Positions 1 to 8,725 of a stretch of 64,000 nucleotides of DNA are shown in pieces. Origin of the DNA: Candidatus Sericytochromatia bacterium (GTDB taxonomy: Bacteria > Cyanobacteriota > Sericytochromatia > S15B-MN24 > UBA4093); contig JAKFBU010000001.1 of NCBI GenBank assembly GCA_036676985.1, positions 130,412-194,411 of the forward strand. The letters are read 5' to 3'. The notes beneath the pieces are model-generated. The model ran no database searches and had not been told where the DNA came from. It worked only from the letters and a program-made list of their open reading frames with translations. Made by a program: the position numbers and the translations under genes. Position 1 is the stretch's first letter. Each line of letters starts with the position of its first letter.

Positions 1-746
1 ATGATCTGGCGCCGCAGGTCGACGTTAGTCGGGTCCGCCAGCGAGGCCGGCAGGTAGGCCATGATCAGGCGGATGGCCTCGAGGGCGAACATGTCGGTGA
101 TCGGGGAGCTCGCGTTGGAGACGTAGGCCTCGATCGCATGGGTCAGGGCATCGAAGGCGGTGTTCGCCGTCATCTCGGCGGACAGGGTGGTGAGGGTCAC
201 CGGATCGATCAAGGAGACATCGGGGACGATCGTCTTGCTCAGGATGGAGACCTTGGTCCGGCTCTGCTCGTCGCTGATGATGCAGAACTGGGAGACGTCC
301 GCCGAGGAGGCCGTCGTCGGGACGCAGATCAAGGGGGGGCAGGGCTCACCAACCTCGTCCACCCCCACGTAGTTCAGGATCTCCCCGCCGTTGGCCGAGA
401 CGATGCCGATCCCCTTGGCGCAGTCGATGGGACTGCCCCCGCCGACGCTCAACAGCAGGTTGCAGGCCTCGTCTCGATAGCGTTGCACCCCCTTGGCGAC
501 CAGTTCGGCACTGGGATTCGTTTGCACGTCCTGGAATAGATGATAGGAGACGCCATGGGCCTGCAGGCTCTCGAGGACCTGCTCGGTCCAGCCGGACGCG
601 ACGACCCCCGGGTCCGAGATGACCATGACCTTTGAGCCGCCGAGGTTATGGGCATAGCGCCCGGCCAACTGGCGCGCCTCGGGACCGAAGACAAACTCCG
701 GGGCGACGAACTTCCGCAGCTCCTGGGTCATTTGCGCCGCCGCCAT
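1..746 (-). CDS. Iron-containing alcohol dehydrogenase family protein, ErcA-like (3' end outside window)
   Basis: Manual minus-strand translation: MAAAQMTQELRKFVAPEFVFGPEARQLAGRYAHNLGGSKVMVISDPGV...GGGSPIDCAKG...PTTASSADVSQF...FDALTHAIEAYVS. Purine-rich RBS precedes the ATG at 746. Absent from the ORF track because it runs off the edge. Confidence 0.88.
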   Translation of the reverse strand, partial: MAAAQMTQELRKFVAPEFVFGPEARQLAGRYAHNLGGSKVMVISDPGVVASGWTEQVLESLQAHGVSYHLFQDVQTNPSAELVAKGVQRYRDEACNLLLSVGGGSPIDCAKGIGIVSANGGEILNYVGVDEVGEPCPPLICVPTTASSADVSQFCIISDEQSRTKVSILSKTIVPDVSLIDPVTLTTLSAEMTANTAFDALTHAIEAYVSNASSPITDMFALEAIRLIMAYLPASLADPTNVDLRRQI

Positions 747-910
747 GGCCGAGCCCCCCTTACCTTCCGGTCCCCCATGGTTCTAACACCGGAACGATTG
801 GGTGTCATCTATTGTCACAGGAGTTGGCGACGAAGGGGCTGCCGCAAACGGATGCCAGACGACAAGGCGGCCCCTCACCCAATCGGGCAAGGAGCCGCAT
901 CGTCACATCT

Positions 911-994
911 TGGTGGCCAAGGTGGGAGTCGAACCCACACGCCTTTCGGCGGTCGATTTTGAGTCGACTGCGTCTGCCATTCCGCCACTTGGCC
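911..994 (-). tRNA. tRNA-Leu(CAA)
   Basis: Reverse complement GGCCAAG-TGGCGGAATGGCAGACGC-AGTCGA-CTCAAAA-TCGAC..long variable arm..GGTTCGACTCCC-ACCTTGGCC-ACCA. Paired acceptor stem, CAA anticodon, T-loop and encoded CCA are all present. Confidence 0.97.
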
Positions 995-1116
995 GCGGAA
1001 GGATCTGATACTACCGGATTCTTACGGCGCCTGCAAGGGTTCCGGGCCCGTGATCTCCTTAACGGACGGTTGTGCTTCCTTCAAGTTTAATGGCTTTAAA
1101 GCCTGATGAAACCTTC

Positions 1117-1142
1117 GTTTGAAGCTTGCTTACAAGGGGTAT
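1117..1142 (+). promoter_or_regulatory. sigmaB/SigF-type promoter candidate
   Basis: GTTTGA-N14-GGGTAT, about 40 nt upstream of the TPR gene ATG. Confidence 0.55.
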
Positions 1143-1183
1143 GATGCCTATTACCCGACCCTCAGCGGCCCAGGGAGAGCACC

Positions 1184-2308
1184 ATGCGCGTCGATCCTAG
1201 GTTCAACGTAGAGGTCACGCACGTCAACAACGCCCCGGTGCCGCCTCCCGCCACGCCGGCGGGGCCGCCGCCAGAGGCGCAGCCGCACATGCACGCGGAC
1301 GTCTCCCGCCTCACGCGCGGCGTCCGCACCACCCAGACCTGGGCCAAGACGCGCCTCACCCGCAACCTCGACCCGACCCTCGATCCCGACAACCTCAAGC
1401 TCTCCGAGAACTGGCGCAAGGTCCGCACCGAGAAACTCGTCGACCCCGACGCGCGGCTGGTGCAGGAGACAGGCGAACAGCTCGAGACCTTCCTCAAGGA
1501 GCTCGAGGAGCGCGGCCTCGCCAAGCATCCCCAGTACGAGCAGCTCTCCAAGCTCCGCGACTCGCTCAAGCGCATCGCCGAGCGCGAGGCCCGTCGCGAG
1601 CGACCCAAGGCCGACAAGGACGACCCGAGCCTGGGCGAAGCCGCCGAGGACCTCTGGGACAAGGTCATGGAGCTGCTGCTCGGGCCCGGCGCGGGCCAGA
1701 ACAAGGCTCAGGAGCGGTACGAGCAGGGTCTCGCCTTCGCCAAGCTGGGCAAGCGCAAGGAGGCCATCCGCAGCTTCAAGCGCGCCCTCGAGGCCAACCC
1801 CGATCACGTGGACACCCATGCCAAGCTCGGGCGCCTGCTGCTGGAGACCCAGCGCTTCGCGGACGCGGAGCGGCACCTCCAGACCGCGGCGAGCTACCGC
1901 CCGCGGGACTACCAACTTCAACTAGGTCTTGGAGAGCTCTACTACCAGCTCGGCGAGACCGAGCTGTCCCGCCAGTCGTTCTTCCAGGCCTCGCAGATCG
2001 CGGGCAACCACTCGGATCCTCACGCGTGGCTCGGTGTGCTCGCCTATGAGCAGTCTCGGCTCGGCGAGGCGGCTATGAGCCTGGAAAAGGCCGTCCAGAT
2101 GGACCCGTCGAACGCCGTGGCGCGGTTCTACCTGGCGCAGGTCGCCTTCCAGCTCAACGACCCGCTGCGGGGCAACTTCCAACTCCAGATGGTCAAGCGC
2201 CTCAACCCCACCGCGGACCTGGCCCGCTTTCAGCAGGGCGGCAGCGCGCTGGCCGCGGGCTCGGGGGAGTCGCAGGGCATGCAGGGATATCGGTGGCAAT
2301 CGCCGTAA
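1184..2308 (+). CDS. Tetratricopeptide repeat protein
   Basis: C-terminal half has successive TPRs (YEQGLAFAKLGKRKEAIRSFKRALEANPDH, LGELYYQLGE, AAMSLEKAVQMDPSNAVARFYLA). N-terminus is Pro-rich. Confidence 0.88.
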   Translation: MRVDPRFNVEVTHVNNAPVPPPATPAGPPPEAQPHMHADVSRLTRGVRTTQTWAKTRLTRNLDPTLDPDNLKLSENWRKVRTEKLVDPDARLVQETGEQLETFLKELEERGLAKHPQYEQLSKLRDSLKRIAEREARRERPKADKDDPSLGEAAEDLWDKVMELLLGPGAGQNKAQERYEQGLAFAKLGKRKEAIRSFKRALEANPDHVDTHAKLGRLLLETQRFADAERHLQTAASYRPRDYQLQLGLGELYYQLGETELSRQSFFQASQIAGNHSDPHAWLGVLAYEQSRLGEAAMSLEKAVQMDPSNAVARFYLAQVAFQLNDPLRGNFQLQMVKRLNPTADLARFQQGGSALAAGSGESQGMQGYRWQSP

Positions 2309-2350
2309 GGCCAACCTCCGTCGAACCCGACGCTGCCTGAGTCGGCGACC

Positions 2351-2601
2351 CTGGATTCCCGCTTTCGCGGGAATGACGGGAGCGGTCATTCACGTGTCGT
2401 GAGCAAGCCCAAGGGAGCGGTCATTCACGCGTCATGAGCAAGCCTCAGGGAGCGGTCATTCACGCGTCATGAGCACGTCCCAGGGAGCGGTCATTCACGC
2501 GCCGTGAGAAAGCCTCAGGAAGCGGTCATTCACGCGCCGTGAGAAAGCCCCAGCCAGCGGCAGTCGGCGCTCCCGTCACCCTCGCGAAGGCGGGGGTCCA
2601 G
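2351..2601. repeat. REP-like inverted palindrome pair enclosing 5 tandem 35-bp units
   Basis: Left end CTGGATTCCCGCTTTCGCGGGAATGACG, right end CGTCACCCTCGCGAAGGCGGGGGTCCAG. Units GGGAGCGGTCATTCACGCGTCATGAGCAAGCCTCA (with variants) start at 2378, 2413, 2448, 2483 and 2518. Confidence 0.92.
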
Positions 2602-2652
2602 AACGGCCTATTACGGATGTGGCGAATTCACCCGCGAAAACAGGTCCCCGGC

Positions 2653-2985
2653 TCAGGCCCGGTAGCGCTCCAACAGGGAATCCAGGGTCACGATGGGCAC
2701 CAGAGGCAGGCGATCGCCCACCTTCTTCGCGGCCGCGGGCGTCGGGTTGATGATGTAGAGCGGAATCTCCGCGTAGGTCTTCTGCAAGTACTGCGCGACG
2801 TCGATGCCGTGGGTCGGCTGGCGCGAGAGATCCAGCAGGACGAAGTCCGGACGGATGGCCTCCAGCTGGTCGCGGAACTGCGGCCAGCGCGGCTCGGCCA
2901 CATGCCACTCGGCCTGGAGGCGGGTGAGCCGTCCCAGGTGATGCAGACGAGTGGGGCCCGCGAATTGTAGCAACAACGCCTTCAA
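2653..2985 (-). CDS. Small atypical receiver-like (CheY-fold) protein
   Basis: RPDFVLLDLS...GIDVAQYL...IPLYII pattern of receiver beta3-beta4. No N-terminal acidic pair. TTG start after a GGGAGG RBS. Confidence 0.55.
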   Translation of the reverse strand: MKALLLQFAGPTRLHHLGRLTRLQAEWHVAEPRWPQFRDQLEAIRPDFVLLDLSRQPTHGIDVAQYLQKTYAEIPLYIINPTPAAAKKVGDRLPLVPIVTLDSLLERYRA

Positions 2986-3126
2986 GGGGAGCCTCCCCGG
3001 TCGCTACCGCCCGCGCCAAGCTGCGATCAACGGCAAACGAGCGACCTGTCCGGCTCATCATACCACCACCGGGTATCATATGACACCCTTACGACACTAT
3101 GAAGATTGCGTGAATATGCCAGGAAA

Positions 3127-4362
3127 TTAGAACGCCAGGGTGAGGGCGGCGCTCCAGCCCAGCCCCCCCATGAGCGGGTGCGGCACGCGCGCGGAGGCAT
3201 CCGCCGGCTGCATGACGCCCGTGGTCTGGTTCCAGCGCTCCGGCCGCCAGGGCGTGAGATACGTGAGGCCGAGCGAAGCCCCGAGCCCCCCGAACAGTTG
3301 TCCGGCGAGACCAACGGCCCCCGTGCCGTGCAGCGAGAAGGAGCTCGCGCGATCGCCCGTGCCCGGGATCCCCTGGCTCAGGAGCGCCGCCCCCACCCCC
3401 AGCTCCGAATAGAGCCAGAGGCGCTCGGGAAAGACCTCGTGCTGGTAGACGACGTGCGGCAGGATGGCGAAGCCCGCCGCCGGCTCCTGGCGCAGCTCGC
3501 CGAACGCCAGGGAGGCGCCCCAGCCGTATCCCGTCCGGTTGTAGTCGAGGCTGACACCCGTGAAGCTGCCGGCCGTCGGCGACAGCAGGCCCGTGTAGAG
3601 GATTCCCGCTCCGGCGGGCGGGCTGCCGTAGGGCTGCTCGTGCACCTCGGCGCCGGCCGGCAGGTCATAGTATCCGCTCAAGAGCTCCCCGTGCGCCGAG
3701 TCGCTCGCGACCTGCGTCACCCGGATCCGGCCGATGGGCTCCTTTTCGGGAGTCAACCGGGAGAAGAGCATCCCCTCCTGCAGGCCGAGGTCGCGGCCGT
3801 GGGCAAAGACCACATGACGCCCGTCCCGCGCCTTGATGGTCGTCGTCAGCCGGAACGTCTCGCGCACCAGGCGCGCGATGTCCTGGGCAGCGTGCTCGTA
3901 GGCGTAGATCTCGGCCGCCTCTCGGGAGCTCGGGCTCTCCCCGTAAAAGCGGATGGCCTGCCGCACCCGCTCCTTGCGGCTCGCCACGTCCAGCACGACC
4001 ACCCCCACCTCGCTGCGGGCCACGTACTGGCCCGAGAGGTCCGTGAAGCGAACGAACCGCGCGTCGGGATCCTGCGCGAAGCCCAGGAGCACCGCGATCG
4101 CTGCACCGCCCGCCTCGGCGCGCATCATCGCACGCTCCTCGGCCGATCCCGAGCCGGCCTCGACGCCCGCCGGCATCACCAGAGTGAAGCGCTCGACGCG
4201 GGAGAGCTCGGCGCGCACGGCGTCGGCAAGCCGGGTGTCGGCGATGGGGAAGTACGCCTCGTTGGGCACCACGGCGAGCACGGGCCTGGTGGGCGAGGCC
4301 GCCAGGGCCGGCTGGGCGAGCCAGATGAAGACGAGGGCCAGAAGGGCGGTCCAAGGGCGCAT
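3127..4362 (-). CDS. Exported protein with CsgG/FlgT-like N-terminal and middle domains and a C-terminal outer-membrane beta-barrel
   Basis: Signal peptide (AQPALA). GRDLGLQEGM..IGRIRVTQV resembles FlgT_C. Amphipathic beta-strands end in ...AALTLAF. Confidence 0.6.
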   Translation of the reverse strand: MRPWTALLALVFIWLAQPALAASPTRPVLAVVPNEAYFPIADTRLADAVRAELSRVERFTLVMPAGVEAGSGSAEERAMMRAEAGGAAIAVLLGFAQDPDARFVRFTDLSGQYVARSEVGVVVLDVASRKERVRQAIRFYGESPSSREAAEIYAYEHAAQDIARLVRETFRLTTTIKARDGRHVVFAHGRDLGLQEGMLFSRLTPEKEPIGRIRVTQVASDSAHGELLSGYYDLPAGAEVHEQPYGSPPAGAGILYTGLLSPTAGSFTGVSLDYNRTGYGWGASLAFGELRQEPAAGFAILPHVVYQHEVFPERLWLYSELGVGAALLSQGIPGTGDRASSFSLHGTGAVGLAGQLFGGLGASLGLTYLTPWRPERWNQTTGVMQPADASARVPHPLMGGLGWSAALTLAF

Positions 4363-4385
4363 GTGTCGTACCTCCGCCCTTGATT

Positions 4386-4451
4386 GTCCCGAGCATGTCG
4401 AGCAACCGCAAGAGGAACCGTTCGCCGCTTCGACAGGCTCAGGACGAACGG
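4386..4451. repeat. Second REP-like family (CCGTTCG..CTTCGACAGGCTCAGGACGAACGG) with a degenerate inverted partner
   Basis: Hairpin 4418-4451 plus GTCCCGAGCATGTCGAG at 4386. Related copy in opposite orientation at 43973-44005. Confidence 0.65.
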
Positions 4452-4519
4452 GGTGCTGAGGTGTGACCGATACCCTTGCCCAGAGCCTTCTTCAGGCCTA
4501 CGGTAGGAAGATCGCCGGG

Positions 4520-4545
4520 GTTAGGCCCCCGGAACCGGCGGGTAA
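4520..4545 (+). promoter_or_regulatory. sigmaB/SigF-type promoter candidate for motAB
   Basis: GTTAGG-N14-GGGTAA upstream of the GTG at 4611. Confidence 0.4.
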
Positions 4546-4610
4546 ATAGAGGGGGATGTCCGGCTGGACTTGGGTTTTCGGCCGAGACGGCGATCGCGAG
4601 GGTTCACTGC

Positions 4611-5426
4611 GTGTCGTTTGGTGTTGTCGTCCTGGCGCTCTTCATCCTGGTCATGCTGGCGATGCAAGGGCCATCGGTAGCCGGCCTCTGGTCGTCACAC
4701 GCGGCCATCGTGGTCCTCGGCGGCACCTTCACGGCCACGCTCATGTCCTTCCCGACCAAGCTGGTCTTGCGGATCCCGCGCCTCACCATCGAGGCCATCC
4801 GGGCGCCCAAGCTCGAGGTCAACGCCATCGTGGCGACCCTCATCAAGGTGTCGGACCGCCTGCGGACGGGCGGCGTCAACGCCCTCCACTCGGAGCTCAA
4901 GGGCATCAAGGACCCCTTCCTCAAGAAGGGCCTCCAGTACATCGCCGAAGGCTTCGACTCCAAGGAGATCCAGGACCTCATGGAGGCCGACATGATCGGC
5001 ATCCGGGGCCGCCACCGCAACAACATCGCCGTCTTCGAGAGCCTCGCGGGCTACTCGCCCACCCTGGGCATCATGGGCACGGTCATGTCGATGGTCGCGA
5101 TCCTCGGCAACCTGGAGGCCCCCGAGAAGCTGGGACCCGAGATCGCCAACGCCATGGTCGCCACTCTCTACGGCGTCGGCGCCGCCAACCTCCTCTTCAT
5201 GCCGCTCGCGACCAAGCTCAAGAAGCTGAGCGAGGAGGAGCTGCGCCTGCGCTGGGTGATGATCGAGGTCATCCTGCTCATGCACGCAGGCTCCAGCCCC
5301 CGCACCATCCGTGAGCGCCTCAAAGCGAGCCTCCCGCCCGAGACCCGCAAGATGATCCAGGACGTCAAGGGCAAGAAGGGCGGCAACGCGACGGGCCGTC
5401 TGGAGACGGCCACCCTGCAGGAGTAG
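4611..5426 (+). CDS. motA: Flagellar motor stator protein MotA family
   Basis: AAIVVLGGTF, DPFLKKGLQ, YSPTLGIMGTV, LGPEIANAMVATLYGVGAANLLFMPLATKLK. Probable GTG start at 4611 with a GAGGG RBS. Confidence 0.92.
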   Translation: MSFGVVVLALFILVMLAMQGPSVAGLWSSHAAIVVLGGTFTATLMSFPTKLVLRIPRLTIEAIRAPKLEVNAIVATLIKVSDRLRTGGVNALHSELKGIKDPFLKKGLQYIAEGFDSKEIQDLMEADMIGIRGRHRNNIAVFESLAGYSPTLGIMGTVMSMVAILGNLEAPEKLGPEIANAMVATLYGVGAANLLFMPLATKLKKLSEEELRLRWVMIEVILLMHAGSSPRTIRERLKASLPPETRKMIQDVKGKKGGNATGRLETATLQE

Positions 5427-5432
5427 CGACCG

Positions 5433-6281
5433 ATGGCCCGCGAGTGGCGCATCGAGCGCGAAGGAGACGACGAGCACCGGCAGGACGAGCGATGGCTCGT
5501 AACTTACGCCGACATGATCACCGTCCTCCTCATCTTCTTCATCGTCCTCTACTCCCTGTCCGCCAAGATCTCGGCCAAGAACTTCGAGAAGCTGGCCAAG
5601 AGCCTCAACACCTCCATCTCGGCCAAGAAGCAGACACCCAAGGCCACCGACCCCTTCACGCCGGACGTCGAGCAGAACGCCGAGCTCGCCGAGGAGTCGA
5701 CGGTCATCAAGCGCGCCCTGGCGCCCTTCCAGGGCAAGAGCCAGGTCAAGGTGGACCTCAACTCCAAGGGTCTGGTCATCTCGCTCGCGGACACGTCCTT
5801 CTTCGATCTGGGCTCCACCGAGCTCAAGCCGGAAGGCCGGGAGGCCCTCCTCAAGATCGCCTCGGTGATCGCCACGGCCTCCAACGCCATCAGCGTCGAG
5901 GGCCACACGGACAGCACCAAGGCCGCGGGCATCGGCAACACCAACTGGGTCATCGCCGCCACCCGTGCGGCCAACGTGGCGCAGTTCCTCTCGGATGCCG
6001 GCAAGGTCCCCGCCAAGCGCTTCCAGGTGGTCTCCTACGCCGAGTTCAGGCCGCTCTTCCCCAATGACACCCCCGAGCACCGCGCCATGAACCGCCGGGT
6101 GGACATCGTCATCCAGGAGGGCCCGCCCAAGCCCGCCATGACGCCCCGGCCGGAGTCCCTGCCCGACACCCTGGCTCCCGCGTTCGGCGATCCCAACAAC
6201 GGCCTGCCGACCAACCCCTTCAACAAACCGGCCAACGAGACCGGAGGCATTATCCCGAATCCGTTCGGGAATAACTTCTAG
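5433..6281 (+). CDS. motB: Flagellar motor stator protein MotB (OmpA-like peptidoglycan-binding domain)
   Basis: ERWLVTYADMITVLLIFFIVLY transmembrane helix with the conserved Asp. VEGHTD...NW..A..RA...NRRVDIVI OmpA_C motifs. Confidence 0.93.
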   Translation: MAREWRIEREGDDEHRQDERWLVTYADMITVLLIFFIVLYSLSAKISAKNFEKLAKSLNTSISAKKQTPKATDPFTPDVEQNAELAEESTVIKRALAPFQGKSQVKVDLNSKGLVISLADTSFFDLGSTELKPEGREALLKIASVIATASNAISVEGHTDSTKAAGIGNTNWVIAATRAANVAQFLSDAGKVPAKRFQVVSYAEFRPLFPNDTPEHRAMNRRVDIVIQEGPPKPAMTPRPESLPDTLAPAFGDPNNGLPTNPFNKPANETGGIIPNPFGNNF

Positions 6282-7508
6282 ATGCACTCCGTCGACCCCC
6301 CCGTCGTCTCGCCGTTTCCCGCCGAAGCCCCCGACAAGGGCACATCCTGGCCTCGCTGGGCGACGCCCGCCGCGATCTTCCTCGGCTTCTGGTTCCTCTA
6401 CGCCGTCAGCGGCGCGCTGGAGGGGACTCCCTACAACGCGCATGTCTGGATGGCCGACGCCATGCTGCACGGGCGGTTCGGGCTCCTGAACCCGCCCGGC
6501 CACTTCGAGATGGTGAAAGTCGGCGAGTACCACCACGTGGCTTACGGCGTGGGCCCCGCGCTCTTGATGCTGCCCTTCGTCGCCATCTTCGGACAGGGCT
6601 TTCACCAGGCGCTCTTCTCGGCGGCCCTCGGCGCCCTCTCGGTGCTGCTGTGGTGGTCCATCCTCGGGCGCCTGAAGTTCGAGGGCCCGGCCCGCACGTG
6701 GATGACGCTCCTCTTCGGGCTGGGGTCGCCCTTCTGGTTCTACGCGGGCCAGAGCGGGAGCACCTGGATGCTCACGCACATGGCGGTCGTCATCGGCCTC
6801 ATGGCGGCCATCTGGGAGACGCTCGGCAAGCAGCGCGGCTGGCTCGTCGGCCTCTCTTTCGGCATCGCCGTGCTCTCGCGCCAGCCCGTGCTCGTGGCCC
6901 TGCCCTTCTTCATCGGGATGCTCTGGCGCGACGATCGCGCCACGGGCGGCGCCTCGAGCTGGCGCAAGCAAGGCGGCCTGGCCCTGGGACTCGGCGCGCT
7001 CCTCGCCTTCGGCGCCTTCTACAACTACGCTCGCTTCGGCAACCCCTTCGACAACGGCTACGAGCTGGTGAACCGGACGCTCTACGGCTCCTACATGCCG
7101 CACGGCAACTTCAGCCTGGAGTACTTCGCCCGCAACTTCCCGATCTACTTCACGCGGCTGCCCGCGAGGCTCAACGAGTTCCCGTGGTTCGACCCGACCA
7201 AGGACGGCTTCAGCATCTTCCTCACGCTGCCCGCCCTGTTCTACGCCTTCTACGCCAACTTCCGCGATCGCCTGACCTGGCTCGCGCTCTACTCCACCGC
7301 GGCCATCCTCGGGCTCTACCTCATCTATTTCTGGTCTGGCTGGGTGCAGTTCGGCTGCCGCTACTTCGTGGACCTCCTGCCCTTCGCGATGCTGCTCGTG
7401 GCCTCGGGTACCGAGCGACGCTACGACAAGACGCTCGTGGCGGCGACACTCGCGGGCGTCGTAGTGGAGGTCTGGGGCCTGTTCTGGTGGGGGCTCAAGG
7501 GATGGTAG
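6282..7508 (+). CDS. Polytopic membrane protein, putative GT-C glycosyltransferase (paralog 1)
   Basis: About 10 TM segments; YNAHVWMADAMLHG, AYGVGPALLMLP, YNYARFGNPFDNGY, QFGCRYFVDLLPF. ATG directly follows the motB stop. Confidence 0.65.
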   Translation: MHSVDPPVVSPFPAEAPDKGTSWPRWATPAAIFLGFWFLYAVSGALEGTPYNAHVWMADAMLHGRFGLLNPPGHFEMVKVGEYHHVAYGVGPALLMLPFVAIFGQGFHQALFSAALGALSVLLWWSILGRLKFEGPARTWMTLLFGLGSPFWFYAGQSGSTWMLTHMAVVIGLMAAIWETLGKQRGWLVGLSFGIAVLSRQPVLVALPFFIGMLWRDDRATGGASSWRKQGGLALGLGALLAFGAFYNYARFGNPFDNGYELVNRTLYGSYMPHGNFSLEYFARNFPIYFTRLPARLNEFPWFDPTKDGFSIFLTLPALFYAFYANFRDRLTWLALYSTAAILGLYLIYFWSGWVQFGCRYFVDLLPFAMLLVASGTERRYDKTLVAATLAGVVVEVWGLFWWGLKGW

Positions 7509-8710
7509 GAAATTCGGCCGAGGTCCTGGCGGCGGTAGAGACCACCCCCAGCCGGCTCGCATGGCTCCGGAAGCTCCCCTGGCCGTCCCTCCTGGTCTTC
7601 CTCCTGTTCTGGGGCCTCTACGCGGCCACCGGCTGCTGGAAGTGGACGGGCTACAACGCCCACGTCCACCTGGCATGGGCCATGCTGCACGGCCAGTTCA
7701 ACCTCATCGATCCGCCCGGGCACTTCGAGATGCTGCGAGTGGGCGGCAAGGCCTACATCGCCTACGGCGTCGGCCCGACCCTGATGATGCTCCCCCTGGT
7801 GGCCATCTGGGGCCTGAGCTTCCACCAGGCGCTCTTCGCCGCGGCCCTCGCCGCCTGGGCGGTCGCCCTGTGGTGGTCGACGCTCGGCCTCCTCCAGGCC
7901 GACCTCAAGGCCCGCATCGCGCTCACCGCCTGCTTCGGCCTGGGCTCGCTGTTCTGGTACTACGGCGGTCAGAACGGCAACACCTGGACGATCATGCACG
8001 TCGTCACCGTCTGGGGGCTGATGCTCGCCATCCGCGAGACGCTCGGCAAGCAGCGCGCCTGGATCGTCGGCGTCGGGTTCGGCCTGGCCGTGCTGTCCCG
8101 CCAGGCGGTGCTGCTCGCGGTGCCGTTCTTCCTGGTCCTGCTCTTCCAGGACCGGAACTGGCGCAAGCTCCTGGGGTTCGCCGTCGGAGCGGGGGCATTC
8201 TTGGGGTTCGGGGCCTTCTACAACTTCGCCCGCTTCGGGACGCCCTTCGACAATGCCTACAAGGGCGTCATCCTCGCGACCACGCCGGCCAACCAGGTGC
8301 CCTGGGGCATCTTCCATCCGAACTACATCGCGCAGAACCTGCAGGGCTACTTCCTGAAGCTCCCCGCCCGGATCCCGGAGTTCCCCTACTTCGACCCGAC
8401 GCTGGACGGCTTCACGATCCTGCTCTCCCTGCCCGCGCTCCTGTACCTCTTCCGGGCGGATTACCGGCAGCGGATCAACCAGCTGGCGCTCCTCGCCTGC
8501 CTCGGGATCCTGGGGCTGTATCTGTGCTACTACTGGTCCGGGTTCGCCCAGTTCGGCCGACGTTACTCGGTCGACTTCCTGCCCTTCGCCATGCTGCTCA
8601 TCGCCATGGCCACCAAGGACCGCCTGCGCGGGGGCCTCGTCCTGGCAACCCTCGCGGGCATCGCAGTCGAGGTCTGGGGCATCGGGTGGTGGCTCGCGAA
8701 GGGTTGGTGA
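7502..8710 (+). CDS. Polytopic membrane protein, putative GT-C glycosyltransferase (paralog 2)
   Basis: C-terminal part of ORF 6650..8710. ATG at 7502 overlaps the end of paralog 1. Same motifs (YNAHVHLAWAMLHG, PPGHFEM, YNFARFGTPFDN, QFGRRYSVDFLPF). Confidence 0.65.
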   Translation: MVGNSAEVLAAVETTPSRLAWLRKLPWPSLLVFLLFWGLYAATGCWKWTGYNAHVHLAWAMLHGQFNLIDPPGHFEMLRVGGKAYIAYGVGPTLMMLPLVAIWGLSFHQALFAAALAAWAVALWWSTLGLLQADLKARIALTACFGLGSLFWYYGGQNGNTWTIMHVVTVWGLMLAIRETLGKQRAWIVGVGFGLAVLSRQAVLLAVPFFLVLLFQDRNWRKLLGFAVGAGAFLGFGAFYNFARFGTPFDNAYKGVILATTPANQVPWGIFHPNYIAQNLQGYFLKLPARIPEFPYFDPTLDGFTILLSLPALLYLFRADYRQRINQLALLACLGILGLYLCYYWSGFAQFGRRYSVDFLPFAMLLIAMATKDRLRGGLVLATLAGIAVEVWGIGWWLAKGW

Positions 8711-8725
8711 GGCGCCTTTTGCGGC

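Noticed and set aside
747-994. Island integrated at the tRNA-Leu 3' end
   Set aside because: No integrase or duplicated tRNA 3' end is visible; anything beyond the left edge cannot be assessed.
2378-2552. CRISPR array
   Set aside because: The 35-bp units are directly adjacent with no unique spacers, and no cas genes are present.
4556-5314. Alternate-frame ORF with an apparently strong RBS overlapping motA
   Set aside because: Arg/Pro/His-rich off-frame composition; the motA frame explains the codon bias.
4611-6281. Zorya (ZorAB) anti-phage system
   Set aside because: MotA lacks the long ZorA tail, both proteins have flagellar-type motifs, and no zorC/D/E is present.
4695-7676. 993-aa minus-strand ORF and similar long antisense ORFs (16500+, 19606+, 24750+, 35350-)
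   Set aside because: Shadow frames of high-GC genes, with no motifs and lying opposite well-supported CDSs.
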